A DNA stretch of 64,000 nucleotides from the NCBI GenBank assembly GCA_040954595.2, contig CM082588.2:12227398-12291397 (forward strand), in the 5' to 3' direction. A model generated the notes under the pieces. The model was not told where the DNA came from. It did no database searches and saw only the letters and a program-made list of their open reading frames with translations. Numbering within the stretch: position 1 is the stretch's first letter; every line of letters starts with the position of its first letter. Both the position numbers and the translations under genes were made by a program. Of this stretch, positions 1 to 15,000 are shown one piece after another. This stretch comes from Balanoglossus misakiensis. Taxonomy: Eukaryota > Animalia > Hemichordata.

Positions 1-3000
1 TATAGTTTCAAGGCTTTGTTTTGGAATAACGAATTCTCTACAAGATTTAAGTGGAACAGTCACAGAATGAAAACAAATATGGAAAGAGTTATGCTGGAAT
101 GTTGTAAGGGATAGATTAATATTGCAAATAATTTAATTTCATACATCATAAATGGAATTCAAAGAATGGTCACATAACAGGATATGTTTTACTAAAAAGA
201 CTTATGTTATAGTTTCAAGGCTTTGTTTTGGAATAACGAATTCTCTACAAGATTTAAGTGGAACAGTCACAGAATGAAAACAAATATAGAAAGATTAATA
301 TTGCAAATAATTTAATTTCTTACATCATAAATGAAATTCAAAGAATGGTCAAATAACAGGCCATGTTTTACTAAAAAGACTTAATATGTATAGTTTGAAG
401 GCTTTGTTTTGGAATAACGAATTCTCTACAAGATTTAAGTGGAACAGTCACAGAATGAAAACAAATATGGAAAGCGTTATGCCGGAATGTTGTAAGGGAT
501 AGATTAATATTGCAAATAATTTAATTTCTTACATCATAAATGGAATTCACAGAATGGTCACATAACGGGATATGTTTTACTAAAAAGACTTATGTTAAAG
601 TTTCAAGGCTTTGTTTTGGAATAACGAATTCTCTACAAGATTTAAGTTAAACAGTTACAGAATGAAAACAAATATTCAAATAGTTATGTTGGAATGTTGT
701 AATGGATAGTTTAATATTGCAAATAATTTAATTTCTTACATCATAAATGAAATTCAAAGAATGGTCAAATAACGGGCCATGTTTTACTAAAAAGACTTAA
801 TATGTATAGTTTGAAGGCTTTGTTTTGGAATAACGAATTCTCTACAAGATTTAAGTGTAACAGTTACAGAATGAAAACAAATATGGAAAGAGTTATGCCG
901 GAATGTTGTAAGGAATAGATTAATATTGCAAATAATTTAATTTCTTACATCATAAATGGAATTCAAAGAAACGTCACGTAACAGGATATGTATAGTTTCA
1001 AGGCTTTGTTTTGGAATAACGAATTCTCTACAAGATTTAAGTTGAACAGTCACAAAATGAAAACAAATATGGAAAGCGTTATGCCGGAATGTTGTAAGGG
1101 ATAGATTAATATTGCAAATAATTTAATTTCTTACGTCATAAATGGAATTCAAAGAATGGTCACATAACGGGCCATGTTTTACAAAAAGACTTATGTATAG
1201 TTTCAAGGCTTTGTTTTGGAATAACGAATTCTCTACAAGATTTAAGTGGAACAGTCACAGAATGAAAACAAATATGGAAAGAGATATGCTGGAATGTTGT
1301 AAGGGATAGATTAATATTGCAAATAATTTAATTTCTTACATCATAAATGGAATTCAAAGAAACGTCACGTAACAGGATATGTATAGTTTCAAGGCTTTGT
1401 TTTGGAATAACGAATTCTCTACAAGATTTAAGTGGAACAGTCACAGAATGAAAACAAATATGGAAAGAGTTATGCTGGAATGTTGTAAGGGATAGATTAA
1501 TATTGCAAATAATTTAATTTCTTACATCATAAAATGAATTCAAAGAATGGTCACATAACTGGATATGTTTTACTAAAAAGACTTATGTTATAGTTTCAAG
1601 GCTTTGTTTTGGAATAACGAATTCTCTACAAGATTTAAGTGGAACAGTCACAGAATGAAAACAAATATGGAAAGAGATATGCTGGAATGTTGTAAGGGAT
1701 AGATTAATATTGCAAATAATTTAATTTCTTACATCATAAATGGAATTCAAAGAAACGTCACGTAACAGGATATGTATAGTTTCAAGGCTTTGTTTTGGAA
1801 TAACGAATTCTCTACAAGATTTAAGTGGAACAGTCACAGAATGAAAACAAATATGGAAAGAGTTATGCTGGAATGTTGTAAGGGATAGATTAATATTGCA
1901 AATAATTTAATTTCATACATCATAAATGGAATTCAAAGAATGGTCACATAACAGGATATGTTTTACTAAAAAGACTTATGTTATAGTTTCAAGGCTTTGT
2001 TTTGGAATAACGAATTCTCTACAAGATTTAAGTGGAACAGTCACAGAATGAAAACAAATATAGAAAGCGTTATGCCGGAATGTTGTAAGAAATAGATTAA
2101 TATTGCAAATAATTTAATTTCTTACATCATAAATGAAATTCAAAGAATGGTCAAATAACGGGCCATGTTTTACTATAAAGACTTAATATGTATAGTTTGA
2201 AGGCTTTGTTTTGGAATAACAAATTCTCTACAAGATTTAAGTGTAACAGTTACAGAATGAAAACAAATATGGAAAGAGTTATGCCGGAATGTTGTAAGGA
2301 ATAGATTAATATTGCAAATAATTTAATTTCTTACATCATAAATGGAATTCAAAGAAACGTCACGTAACAGGATATGTATAGTTTCAAGGCTTTGTTTTGG
2401 AATAACGAATTCTCTACAAGATTTAAGTTGAACAGTCACAAAATGAAAACAAATATGGAAAGCGTTATGCCGGAATGTTGTAAGGGATAGATTAATATTG
2501 CAAATAATTTAATTTCTTACATCATAAATGGAATTCAAAGAATGGTCACATAACGGGCCATGTTTTACAAAAAGACTTATGTATAGTTTCAAGGCTTTGT
2601 TTTGGAATAACGAATTCTCTACAAGATTTAAGTGGAACAGTCACAGAATGAAAACAAATATGGAAAGAGATATGCTGGAATGTTGTAAGGGATAGATTAA
2701 TATTGCAAATAATTTAATTTCTTACATCATAAAATGAATTCAAAGAATGGTCACATAACAGGATATGTTTTACTAAAAAGACTTATGTTATAGTTTCAAG
2801 GCTTTGTTTTGGAATAACGAATTCTCTACAAGATTTAAGTGGAACAGTTACAGAATGAAAACAAATATGGAAAGAGTTATGCCGGAATGTTGTAAGGAAT
2901 AGATTAATATTGCAAATAATTTAATTTCTTACATCATAAATGGAATTCAAAGAAACGTCACGTAACAGGATATGTATAGTTTCAAGGCTTTGTTTTGGAA

Positions 3001-6000
3001 TAACGAATTCTCTACAAGATTTAAGTGGAACAGTCACAGAATAAAAACAAATATGGAAAGAGTTATGCTGGAATGTTGTAAGGGATAGATTAATATTGCA
3101 AATAATTTAATTTCTTACATCATAAAATGAATTCAAAGAATGGTCACATAACTGGATATGTTTTACTAAAAAGACTTATGTTATAGTTTCAAGGCTTTGT
3201 TTTGGAATAACGAATTCTCTACAAGATTTAAGTGGAACAGTCACAGAATGAAAACAAATATGGAAAGAGATATGCTGGAATGTTGTAAGAAATAGATTAA
3301 TATTGCAAATAATTTAATTTCTTACATCATAAATGAAATTCAAAGAATGGTCAAATAACGGGCCATGTTTTACTATAAAGACTTAATATGTATAGTTTGA
3401 AGGCTTTGTTTTGGAATAACGAATTCTCTACAAGATTTAAGTGTAACAGTTACAGAATGAAAACAAATATGGAAAGAGTTATGCCGGAATGTTGTAAGGA
3501 ATAGATTAATATTGCAAATAATTTAATTTCTTACATCATAAATGGAATTCAAAGAAACGTCACGTAACAGGATATGTATAGTTTCAAGGCTTTGTTTTGG
3601 AATAACGAATTCTCTACAAGATTTAAGTTGAACAGTCACAAAATGAAAACAAATATGGAAAGCGTTATGCCAGAATGTTGTAAGGGATAGATTAATATTG
3701 CAAATAATTTAATTTCTTACATCATAAATGGAATTCAAAGAATGGTCACATAACGGGCCATGTTTTACAAAAAGACTTATGTATAGTTTCAAGGCTTTGT
3801 TTTGGAATAACGAATTCTCTACAAGATTTAAGTGGAACAGTCACAGAATGAAAACAAATATGGAAAGAGATATGCTGGAATGTTGTAAGGGATAGATTAA
3901 TATTGCAAATAATTTAATTTCTTACATCATAAAATGAATTCAAAGAATGGTCACATAACAGGATATGTTTTACTAAAAAGACTTATGTTATAGTTTCAAG
4001 GCTTTGTTTTGGAATAACGAATTCTCTACAAGATTTAAGTGGAACAGTTACAGAATGAAAACAAATATGGAAAGAGTTATGCCGGAATGTTGTAAGGAAT
4101 AGATTAATATTGCAAATAATTTAATTTCTTACATCATAAATGGAATTCAAAGAAACGTCACGTAACAGGATATGTATAGTTTCAAGGCTTTGTTTTGGAA
4201 TAACGAATTCTCTACAAGATTTAAGTGGAACAGTCACAGAATGAAAACAAATATGGAAAGAGTTATGCTGGAATGTTGTAAGGGATAGATTAATATTGCA
4301 AATAATTTAATTTCTTACATCATAAAATGAATTCAAAGAATGGTCACATAACTGGATATGTTTTACTAAAAAGACTTATGTTATAGTTTCAAGGCTTTGT
4401 TTTGGAATAACGAATTCTCTACAAGATTTAAGTGGAACAGTCACAGAATGAAAACAAATATGGAAAGAGATATGCTGGAATGTTGTAAGAAATAGATTAA
4501 TATTGCAAATAATTTAATTTCTTACATCATAAATGAAATTCAAAGAATGGTCAAATAACGGGCCATGTTTTACTATAAAGACTTAATATGTATAGTTTGA
4601 AGGCTTTGTTTTGGAATAACGAATTCTCTACAAGATTTAAGTGTAACAGTTACAGAATGAAAACAAATATGGAAAGAGTTATGCCGGAATGTTGTAAGGA
4701 ATAGATTAATATTGCAAATAATTTAATTTCTTACATCATAAATGGAATTCAAAGAAACGTCACGTAACAGGATATGTATAGTTTCAAGGCTTTGTTTTGG
4801 AATAACGAATTCTCTACAAGATTTAAGTTGAACAGTCACAAAATGAAAACAAATATGGAAAGCGTTATGCCAGAATGTTGTAAGGGATAGATTAATATTG
4901 CAAATAATTTAATTTCTTACATCATAAATGGAATTCAAAGAATGGTCACATAACGGGCCATGTTTTACAAAAAGACTTATGTATAGTTTCAAGGCTTTGT
5001 TTTGGAATAACGAATTCTCTACAAGATTTAAGTGGAACAGTCACAGAATGAAAACAAATATGGAAAGAGATATGCTGGAATGTTGTAAGGGATAGATTAA
5101 TATTGCAAATAATTTAATTTCTTACATCATAAAATGAATTCAAAGAATGGTCACATAACAGGATATGTTTTACTAAAAAGACTTATGTTATAGTTTCAAG
5201 GCTTTGTTTTGGAATAACGAATTCTCTACAAGATTTAAGTGGAACAGTTACAGAATGAAAACAAATATGGAAAGAGTTATGCCGGAATGTTGTAAGGAAT
5301 AGATTAATATTGCAAATAATTTAATGTCTTACATCATAAATGGAATTCAAAGAAACGTCACGTAACAGGATATGTATAGTTTCAAGGCTTTGTTTTGGAA
5401 TAACGAATTCTCTACAAGATTTAAGTGGAACAGTCACAGAATGAAAACAAATATGGAAAGAGTTATGCTGGAATGTTGTAAGGGATAGATTAATATTGCA
5501 AATAATTTAATTTCTTACATCATAAAATGAATTCAAAGAATGGTCACATAACTGGATATGTTTTACTAAAAAGACTTATGTTATAGTTTCAAGGCTTTGT
5601 TTTGGAATAACGAATTCTCTACAAGATTTAAGTGGAACAGTCACAGAATGAAAACAAATATGGAAAGAGATATGCTGGAATGTTGTAAGGGATAGATTAA
5701 TATTGCAAATAATTTAATTTCTTACATCATAAATGGAATTCAAAGAAACGTCACGTAACAGGATATGTATAGTTTCAAGGCTTTGTTTTGGAATAACGAA
5801 TTCTCTACAAGATTTAAGTGGAACAGTCACAGAATGAAAACAAATATGGAAAGAGTTATGCTGGAATGTTGTAAGGGATAGATTAATATTGCAAATAATT
5901 TAATTTCATACATCATAAATGGAATTCAAAGAATGGTCACATAACAGGATATGTTTTACTAAAAAGACTTATGTTATAGTTTCAAGGCTTTGTTTTGGAA

Positions 6001-9000
6001 TAACGAATTCTCTACAAGATTTAAGTGGAACAGTCACAGAATGAAAACAAATATAGAAAGAGTTATGCCAGAATGTTGTAAGGAATAGATTAATATTGCA
6101 AATAATTTAATTTCTTACATCATAAATGAAATTCAAAGAATGGTCAAATAACAGGCCATGTTTTACTAAAAAGACTTAATATGTATAGTTTGAAGGCTTT
6201 GTTTTGGAATAACGAATTCTCTACAAGATTTAAGTGAAACAGTCAGAGAATGAAAACAAATATGGAAAGCGTTATGCCGGAATGTTGTAAGGGATAGATT
6301 AATATTGCAAATAATTTAATTTCTTACATCATAAATGGAATTCACAGAATGGTCTCATAACGGGATATGTTTTACTAAAAAGACTTATGTTAAAGTTTCA
6401 AGGCTTTGTTTTGGAATAACGAATTCTCTACAAGATTTAAGTTAAACAGTTACAGAATGAAAACAAATATTCAAATAGTTATGTTGGAATGTTGTAATGG
6501 ATAGTTTAATATTGCAAATAATTTAATTTCTTACATCATAAATGAAATTCAAAGAATGGTCAAATAACGGGCCATGTTTTACTAAAAAGACTTAATATGT
6601 ATAGTTTGAAGGCTTTGTTTTGGAATAACGAATTCTCTACAAGATTTAAGTGGAACAGTCACAGAATGAAAACAAATATTCAAATAGTTATGTTGGAATG
6701 TTGTAAAGGATAGTTTAATATTCCAAATAATTTAATTTCTTACATCATAAATGAAATTCAAAGAATGGTCAAATAACGGGCCATGTTTTACTAAAAAGAC
6801 TTAATATGTATAGTTTGAAGGCTTTGTTTTGGAATAACGAATTCTCTACAAGATTTAAGTGGAACAGTCACAGAATGAAAACAAATATGGAAAGCGTTAT
6901 GCCGGAATGTTGTAAGGGATAGATTAATATTGCAAATAATTTAATTTCTTACATCATAAATGGAATTCACAGAATGGTCACATAACGGGATATGTTTTAC
7001 TAAAAAGACTTATGTTAAAGTTTCAAGGCTTTGTTTTGGAATAACGAATTCTCTACAAGATTTAAGTTAAACAGTTACAGAATGAAAACAAATATTCAAA
7101 TAGTTATGTTGGAATGTTGTAATGGATAGTTTAATATTGCAAATAATTTAATTTCTTACATCATAAATGAAATTCAAAGAATGGTCAAATAACGGGCCAT
7201 GTTTTACTAAAAAGACTTAATATGTATAGTTTGAAGGCTTTGTTTTGGAATAACGAATTCTCTACAAGATTTAAGTGGAACAGTCACAGAATGAAAACAA
7301 ATATTCAAATAGTTATGTTGGAATGTTGTAAAGTATAGTTTAATATTCCAAATAATTTAATTTCTTACATCATAAATGAAATTCAAAGAATGGTCAAATA
7401 ACGGGCCATGTTTTACTAAAAAGACTTAATATGTATAGTTTGAAGGCTTTGTTTTGGAATAACGAATTCTCTACAAGATTTAAGTGGAACAGTCACAGAA
7501 TGAAAACAAATATTCAAATAGTTATGCTGGAATGTTGTAAGGGATAGATTAATATTGCAAATAATTTAATTTCTTACATCATAAAATGAATTCAAAGAAT
7601 GGTCACATAACTGGATATGTTTTACTAAAAAGACTTATGTTATAGTTTCAAGGATTTGTTATGGAATAACGAATTCTCTACAAGATTTAAGTGGAACAGT
7701 CACAGAATGAAAACAAATATGGAAAGAGATATGCTGGAATGTTGTAAGGGATAGATTAATATTGCAAATAATTTAATTTCTTCCATCATAAATGGAATTC
7801 AAAGAATGGTCACATAACGAGCCATGTTTTACAAAAAGACTTATGTATAGTTTCAAGGCTTTGTTTTGGAATAACGAATTCTCTTCAAGATTTAAGTGGA
7901 ACAGTCACAGAATGAAAACAAATATGGAAAGAGTTATGCTGGAATGTTGTAAGGGATAGATTAATATTGCAAATAATTTAATTTCTTACATCATAAATGA
8001 AATTCAAAGAATGGTCAAATAACGGGCCATGTTTTACTAAAAAGACTTAATATGTATAGTTTGAAGGCTTTGTTATGGAATAACGAATTCTCTACAAGAT
8101 TTAAGTGGAACAGTCACAGAATGAAAACAAATATGGAAAGAGATATGCTGGAATGTTGTAAGGGATAGATTAATATTGCAAATAATTTAATTTCTTCCAT
8201 CATAAATGGAATTCAAAGAATGGTCACATAACGGGCCATGTTTTACAAAAAGACTTATGTATAGTTTCAAGGCTTTGTTTTGGAATAACGAATTCTCTTC
8301 AAGATTTAAGTGGAACAGTCACAGAATGAAAACAAATATGGAAAGAGTTATGCTGGAATGTTGTAAGGGATAGATTAATATTGCAAATAATTTAAATTCT
8401 TACATCATAAAATGAATTCAAAGAATGGTCACATAACTGGATATGTTTTACTAAAAAGACTTATGTTATAGTTTCAAGGCTTTGTTTTGGAATAACGAAT
8501 TCTCTACAAGATTTAAGTGGAACAGTTACAGAATGAAAACTAATATGGAAACAGTTATGTTGGAATGTTGTAAGGGATAGTTATATATTGCAAATAATTT
8601 AATTTCTTACATCATAAATGAAATTCAAAGAATGGTCATATAACGGGCCATGTTTTACTAAAAAGACTTAATATGTATAGTTTCAAGGCTTTGTTTTGGA
8701 ATAACGAATTCTCTACAAGATTTAAGTGGAACAGTTACAGAGTGAAAACTAATATGGAAAGAGTTATGTTGGAATGTTGTAAGGGATAGTTATATATTGC
8801 AAATAATTTAATTTCTTACATCATAAATGAAATTCAAAGAATGGTCAAATAACGGGCCATGTTTTACTAAAAAGACTTAATATGTATTGTTTGAAGGCTT
8901 TGTTTTGGAATAACGAATTCTCTACAAGATTTAAGTTGAACAGTCACAGAATGAAAACAAATATGGAAAGCGTTATGCCGGAATGTTGTAAGGGATAGAT

Positions 9001-12000
9001 TAATATTGCAAATAATTTAATTTCTTACATCATAAATGGAATTCAAAGAATGGTCACATAACGGGCCATGTTTTACAAAAAGACTTATGTATAGTTTCAA
9101 GGCTTTGTTTTGGAATAACGAATTCTCTACAAGATTTAAGTGGAACAGTCACAGAATGAAAACAAATATGGAAAGAGATATGCTGGAATGTTGTAAGGGA
9201 TAGATTAATATTGCAAATAATTTAATTTCTTACATCATAAAATGAATTCAAAGAATGGTCACATAACAGGATATGTTTTACTAAAAAGACTTATGTTATT
9301 GTTTCAAGGCTTTGTTTTGGAATAACGAATTCTCTACAAGATTTAAGTGGAACAGTTACAGAATGAAAACAAATATGGAAAGAGTTATGCCGGAATGTTG
9401 TAAGAAATAGATTAATATTGCAAATAATTTAATTTCTTACATCATAAATGAAATTCAAAGAATGGTCAAATAACGGGCCATGTTTTACTATAAAGACTTA
9501 ATATGTATAGTTTGAAGGCTTTGTTTTGGAATAACGAATTCTCTACAAGATTTAAGTGTAACAGTTACAGAATGAAAACAAATATGGAAAGAGTTATGCC
9601 GGAATGTTGTAAGGAATAGATTAATATTGCAAATAATTTAATTTCTTACATCATAAATGGAATTCAAAGAAACGTCACGTAACAGGATATGTATAGTTTC
9701 AAGGCTTTGTTTTGGAATAACGAATTCTCTACAAGATTTAAGTTGAACAGTCACAAAATGAAAACAAATATGGAAAGCGTTATGCCGGAATGTTGTAAGG
9801 GATAGATTAATATTGCAAATAATTTAATTTCTTACATCATAAATGGAATTCAAAGAATGGTCACATAACGGGCCATGTTTTACAAAAAGACTTATGTATA
9901 GTTTCAAGGCTTTGTTTTGGAATAACGAATTCTCTACAAGATTTAAGTGGAACAGTCACAGAATGAAAACAAATATGGAAAGAGATATGCTGGAATGTTG
10001 TAAGGGATAGATTAATATTGCAAATAATTTAATTTCTTACATCATAAAATGAATTCAAAGAATGGTCACATAACAGGATATGTTTTACTAAAAAGACTTA
10101 TGTTATAGTTTCAAGGCTTTCTTTTGGAATAACGAATTCTCTACAAGATTTAAGTGGAACAGTTACAGAATGAAAACAAATATGGAAAGAGTTATGCCGG
10201 AATGTTGTAAGGAATAGATTAATATTGCAAATAATTTAATTTCTTACATCATAAATGGAATTCAAAGAAACGTCACGTAACAGGATATGTATAGTTTCAA
10301 GGCTTTGTTTTGGAATAACGAATTCTCTACAAGATTTAAGTGGAACAGTTACAGAATGAAAACAAATATGGAAAGAGTTATGCCGGAATGTTGTAAGAAA
10401 TAGATTAATATTGCAAATAATTTAATTTCTTACATCATAAATGAAATTCAAAGAATGGTCAAATAACGGGCCATGTTTTACTATAAAGACTTAATATGTA
10501 TAGTTTGAAGGCTTTGTTTTGGAATAACGAATTCTCTACAAGATTTAAGTGTAACAGTTACAGAATGAAAACAAATATGGAAAGAGTTATGCCGGAATGT
10601 TGTAAGGAATAGATTAATATTGCAAATAATTTAATTTCTTACATCATAAATGGAATTCAAAGAAACGTCACGTAACAGGATATGTATAGTTTCAAGGCTT
10701 TGTTTTGGAATAACGAATTCTCTACAAGATTTAAGTTGAACAGTCACAAAATGAAAACAAATATGGAAAGCGTTATGCCGGAATGTTGTAAGGGATAGAT
10801 TAATATTGCAAATAATTTAATTTCTTACATCATAAATGGAATTCAAAGAATGGTCACATAACGGGCCATGTTTTACAAAAAGACTTATGTATAGTTTCAA
10901 GGCTTTGTTTTGGAATAACGAATTCTCTACAAGATTTAAGTGGAACAGTCACAGAATGAAAACAAATATGGAAAGAGATATGCTGGAATGTTGTAAGGGA
11001 TAGATTAATATTGCAAATAATTTAATTTCTTACATCATAAAATGAATTCAAAGAATGGTCACATAACAGGATATGTTTTACTAAAAAGACTTATGTTATA
11101 GTTTCAAGGCTTTCTTTTGGAATAACGAATTCTCTACAAGATTTAAGTGGAACAGTTACAGAATGAAAACAAATATGGAAAGAGTTATGCCGGAATGTTG
11201 TAAGGAATAGATTAATATTGCAAATAATTTAATTTCTTACATCATAAATGGAATTCAAAGAAACGTCACGTAACAGGATATGTATAGTTTCAAGGCTTTG
11301 TTTTGGAATAACGAATTCTCTACAAGATTTAAGTGGAACAGTCACAGAATGAAAACAAATATGGAAAGAGTTATGCTGGAATGTTGTAAGGGATAGATTA
11401 ATATTGCAAATAATTTAATTTCTTACATCATAAAATGAATTCAAAGAATGGTCACATAACTGGATATGTTTTACTAAAAAGACTTATGTTATAGTTTCAA
11501 GGCTTTGTTTTGGAATAACGAATTCTCTACAAGATTTAAGTGGAACAGTCACAGAATGAAAACAAATATGGAAAGAGATATGCTGGAATGTTGTAAGGGA
11601 TAGATTAATATTGCAAATAATTTAATTTCTTACATCATAAATGGAATTCAAAGAAACGTCACGTAACAGGATATGTATAGTTTCAAGGCTTTGTTTTGGA
11701 ATAACGAATTCTCTACAAGATTTAAGTGGAACAGTCACAGAATGAAAACAAATATGGAAAGAGTTATGCTGGAATGTTGTAAGGGATAGATTAATATTGC
11801 AAATAATTTAAATTCTTACATCATAAAATGAATTCAAAGAATGGTCACATAACTGGATATGTTTTACTAAAAAGACTTATGTTATAGTTTCAAGGCTTTG
11901 TTTTGGAATAACGAATTCTCTACACGATTTAAGTGGAACAGTTACAGAATGAAAACAAATATGGAAAGAGTTATGTTGGAATGTTGTAAGGGATAGTTAT

Positions 12001-15000
12001 ATATTGCAAATAATTTAATTTCTTACATCATAAATGAAATTCAAAGAATGGTCAAATAACGGGCCATGTTTTACTATAAAGACTTAATATGTATAGTTTG
12101 AAGGCTTTGTTTTGGAATAACGAATTCTCTACAAGATTTAAGTGTAACAGTTACAGAATGAAAACAAATATGGAAAGAGTTATGCCGGAATGTTGTAAGG
12201 AATAGATTAATATTGCAAATAATTTAATTTCTTACATCATAAAATGAATTCAAAGAATGGTCACATAACTGGATATGTTTTACTAAAAAGACTTATGTTA
12301 TAGTTTCAAGGCTTTGTTTTTGAATAACGAATTCTCTACAAGATTTAAGTGGAACAGTCACAGAATGAAAACAAATATGGAAAGAGATATGCTGGAATGT
12401 TGTAAGGGATAGATTAATATTGCAAATAATTTAATTTCTTACATCATAAATGGAATTCAAAGAAACGTCACGTAACAGGATATGTATAGTTTCAAGGCTT
12501 TGTTTTGGAATAACGAATTCTCTACAAGATTTAAGTGGAACAGTCACAGAATGAAAACAAATATGGAAAGAGTTATGCTGGAATGTTGTAAGGGATAGAT
12601 TAATATTGCAAATAATTTAAATTCTTACATCATAAAATGAATTCAAAGAATGGTCACATAACTGGATATGTTTTACTAAAAAGACTTATGTTATAGTTTC
12701 AAGGCTTTGTTTTGGAATAACGAATTCTCTACACGATTTAAGTGGAACAGTTACAGAATGAAAACAAATATGGAAAGAGTTATGTTGGAATGTTGTAAGG
12801 GATAGTTATATATTGCAAATAATTTAATTTCTTACATCATAAATGAAATTCAAAGAATGGTCAAATAACGGGCCATGTTTTACTATAAAGACTTAATATG
12901 TATAGTTTGAAGGCTTTGTTTTGGAATAACGAATTCTCTACAAGATTTAAGTGTAACAGTTACAGAATGAAAACAAATATGGAAAGAGTTATGCCGGAAT
13001 GTTGTAAGGAATAGATTAATATTGCAAATAATTTAATTTCTTACATCATAAATGGAATTCAAAGAATGGTCACATAACGGGCCATGTTTTACAAAAAGAC
13101 TTATGTATAGTTTCAAGGCTTTGTTTTGGAATAACGAATTCTCTACAAGATTTAAGTGGAACAGTCACAGAATGAAAACAAATATGGAAAGAGATATGCT
13201 GGAATGTTGTAAGGGATAGATTAATATTGCAAATAATTTAATTTCTTACATCATAAAATGAATTCAAAGAATGGTCACATAACAGGATATGTTTTACTAA
13301 AAAGACTTATGTTATAGTTTCAAGGCTTTGTTTTGGAATAACGAATTCTCTACAAGATTTAATTGGAACAGTTACAGAATGAAAACAAATATGGAAAGAG
13401 TTATGCCGGAATGTTGTAAGGAATAGATTAATATTGCAAATAATTTAATTTCTTACATCATAAATGGAATTCAAAGAAACGTCACGTAACAGGATATGTA
13501 TAGTTTCAAGGCTTTGTTTTGGAATAACGAATTCTCTACAAGATTTAAGTGGAACAGTCACAGAATGAAAACAAATATGGAAAGAGTTATGCTGGAATGT
13601 TGTAAGGGATAGATTAATATTGCAAATAATTTAATTTCTTACATCATAAAATGAATTCAAAGAATGGTCACATAACAGGATATGTTTTACTAAAAAGACT
13701 TATGTTATAGTTTCAAGGCTTTCTTTTGGAATAACGAATTCTCTACAAGATTTAAGTGGAACAGTTACAGAATGAAAACAAATATGGAAAGAGTTATGCC
13801 GGAATGTTGTAAGGAATAGATTAATATTGCAAATAATTTAATTTCTTACATCATAAATGGAATTCAAAGAAACGTCACGTAACAGGATATGTATAGTTTC
13901 AAGGCTTTGTTTTGGAATAACGAATTCTCTACAAGATTTAAGTGGAACAGTCACAGAATGAAAACAAATATGGAAAGAGTTATGCTGGAATGTTGTAAGG
14001 GATAGATTAATATTGCAAATAATTTAATTTCTTACATCATAAAATGAATTCAAAGAATGGTCACATAACTGGATATGTTTTACTAAAAAGACTTATGTTA
14101 TAGTTTCAAGGCTTTGTTTTGGAATAACGAATTCTCTACAAGATTTAAGTGGAACAGTCACAGAATGAAAACAAATATGGAAAGAGATATGCTGGAATGT
14201 TGTAAGGGATAGATTAATATTGCAAATAATTTAATTTCTTACATCATAAATGGAATTCAAAGAAACGTCACGTAACAGGATATGTATAGTTTCAAGGCTT
14301 TGTTTTGGAATAACGAATTCTCTACAAGATTTAAGTGGAACAGTCACAGAATGAAAACAAATATGGAAAGAGTTATGCTGGAATGTTGTAAGGGATAGAT
14401 TAATATTGCAAATAATTTAAATTCTTACATCATAAAATGAATTCAAAGAATGGTCACATAACTGGATATGTTTTACTAAAAAGACTTATGTTATAGTTTC
14501 AAGGCTTTGTTTTGGAATAACGAATTCTCTACACGATTTAAGTGGAACAGTTACAGAATGAAAACAAATATGGAAAGAGTTATGTTGGAATGTTGTAAGG
14601 GATAGTTATATATTGCAAATAATTTAATTTCTTACATCATAAATGAAATTCAAAGAATGGTCAAATAACGGGCCATGTTTTACTATAAAGACTTAATATG
14701 TATAGTTTGAAGGCTTTGTTTTGGAATAACGAATTCTCTACAAGATTTAAGTGTAACAGTTACAGAATGAAAACAAATATGGAAAGAGTTATGCCGGAAT
14801 GTTGTAAGGAATAGATTAATATTGCAAATAATTTAATTTCTTACATCATAAAATGAATTCAAAGAATGGTCACATAACTGGATATGTTTTACTAAAAAGA
14901 CTTATGTTATAGTTTCAAGGCTTTGTTTTGGAATAACGAATTCTCTACAAGATTTAAGTGGAACAGTCACAGAATGAAAACAAATATGGAAAGAGATATG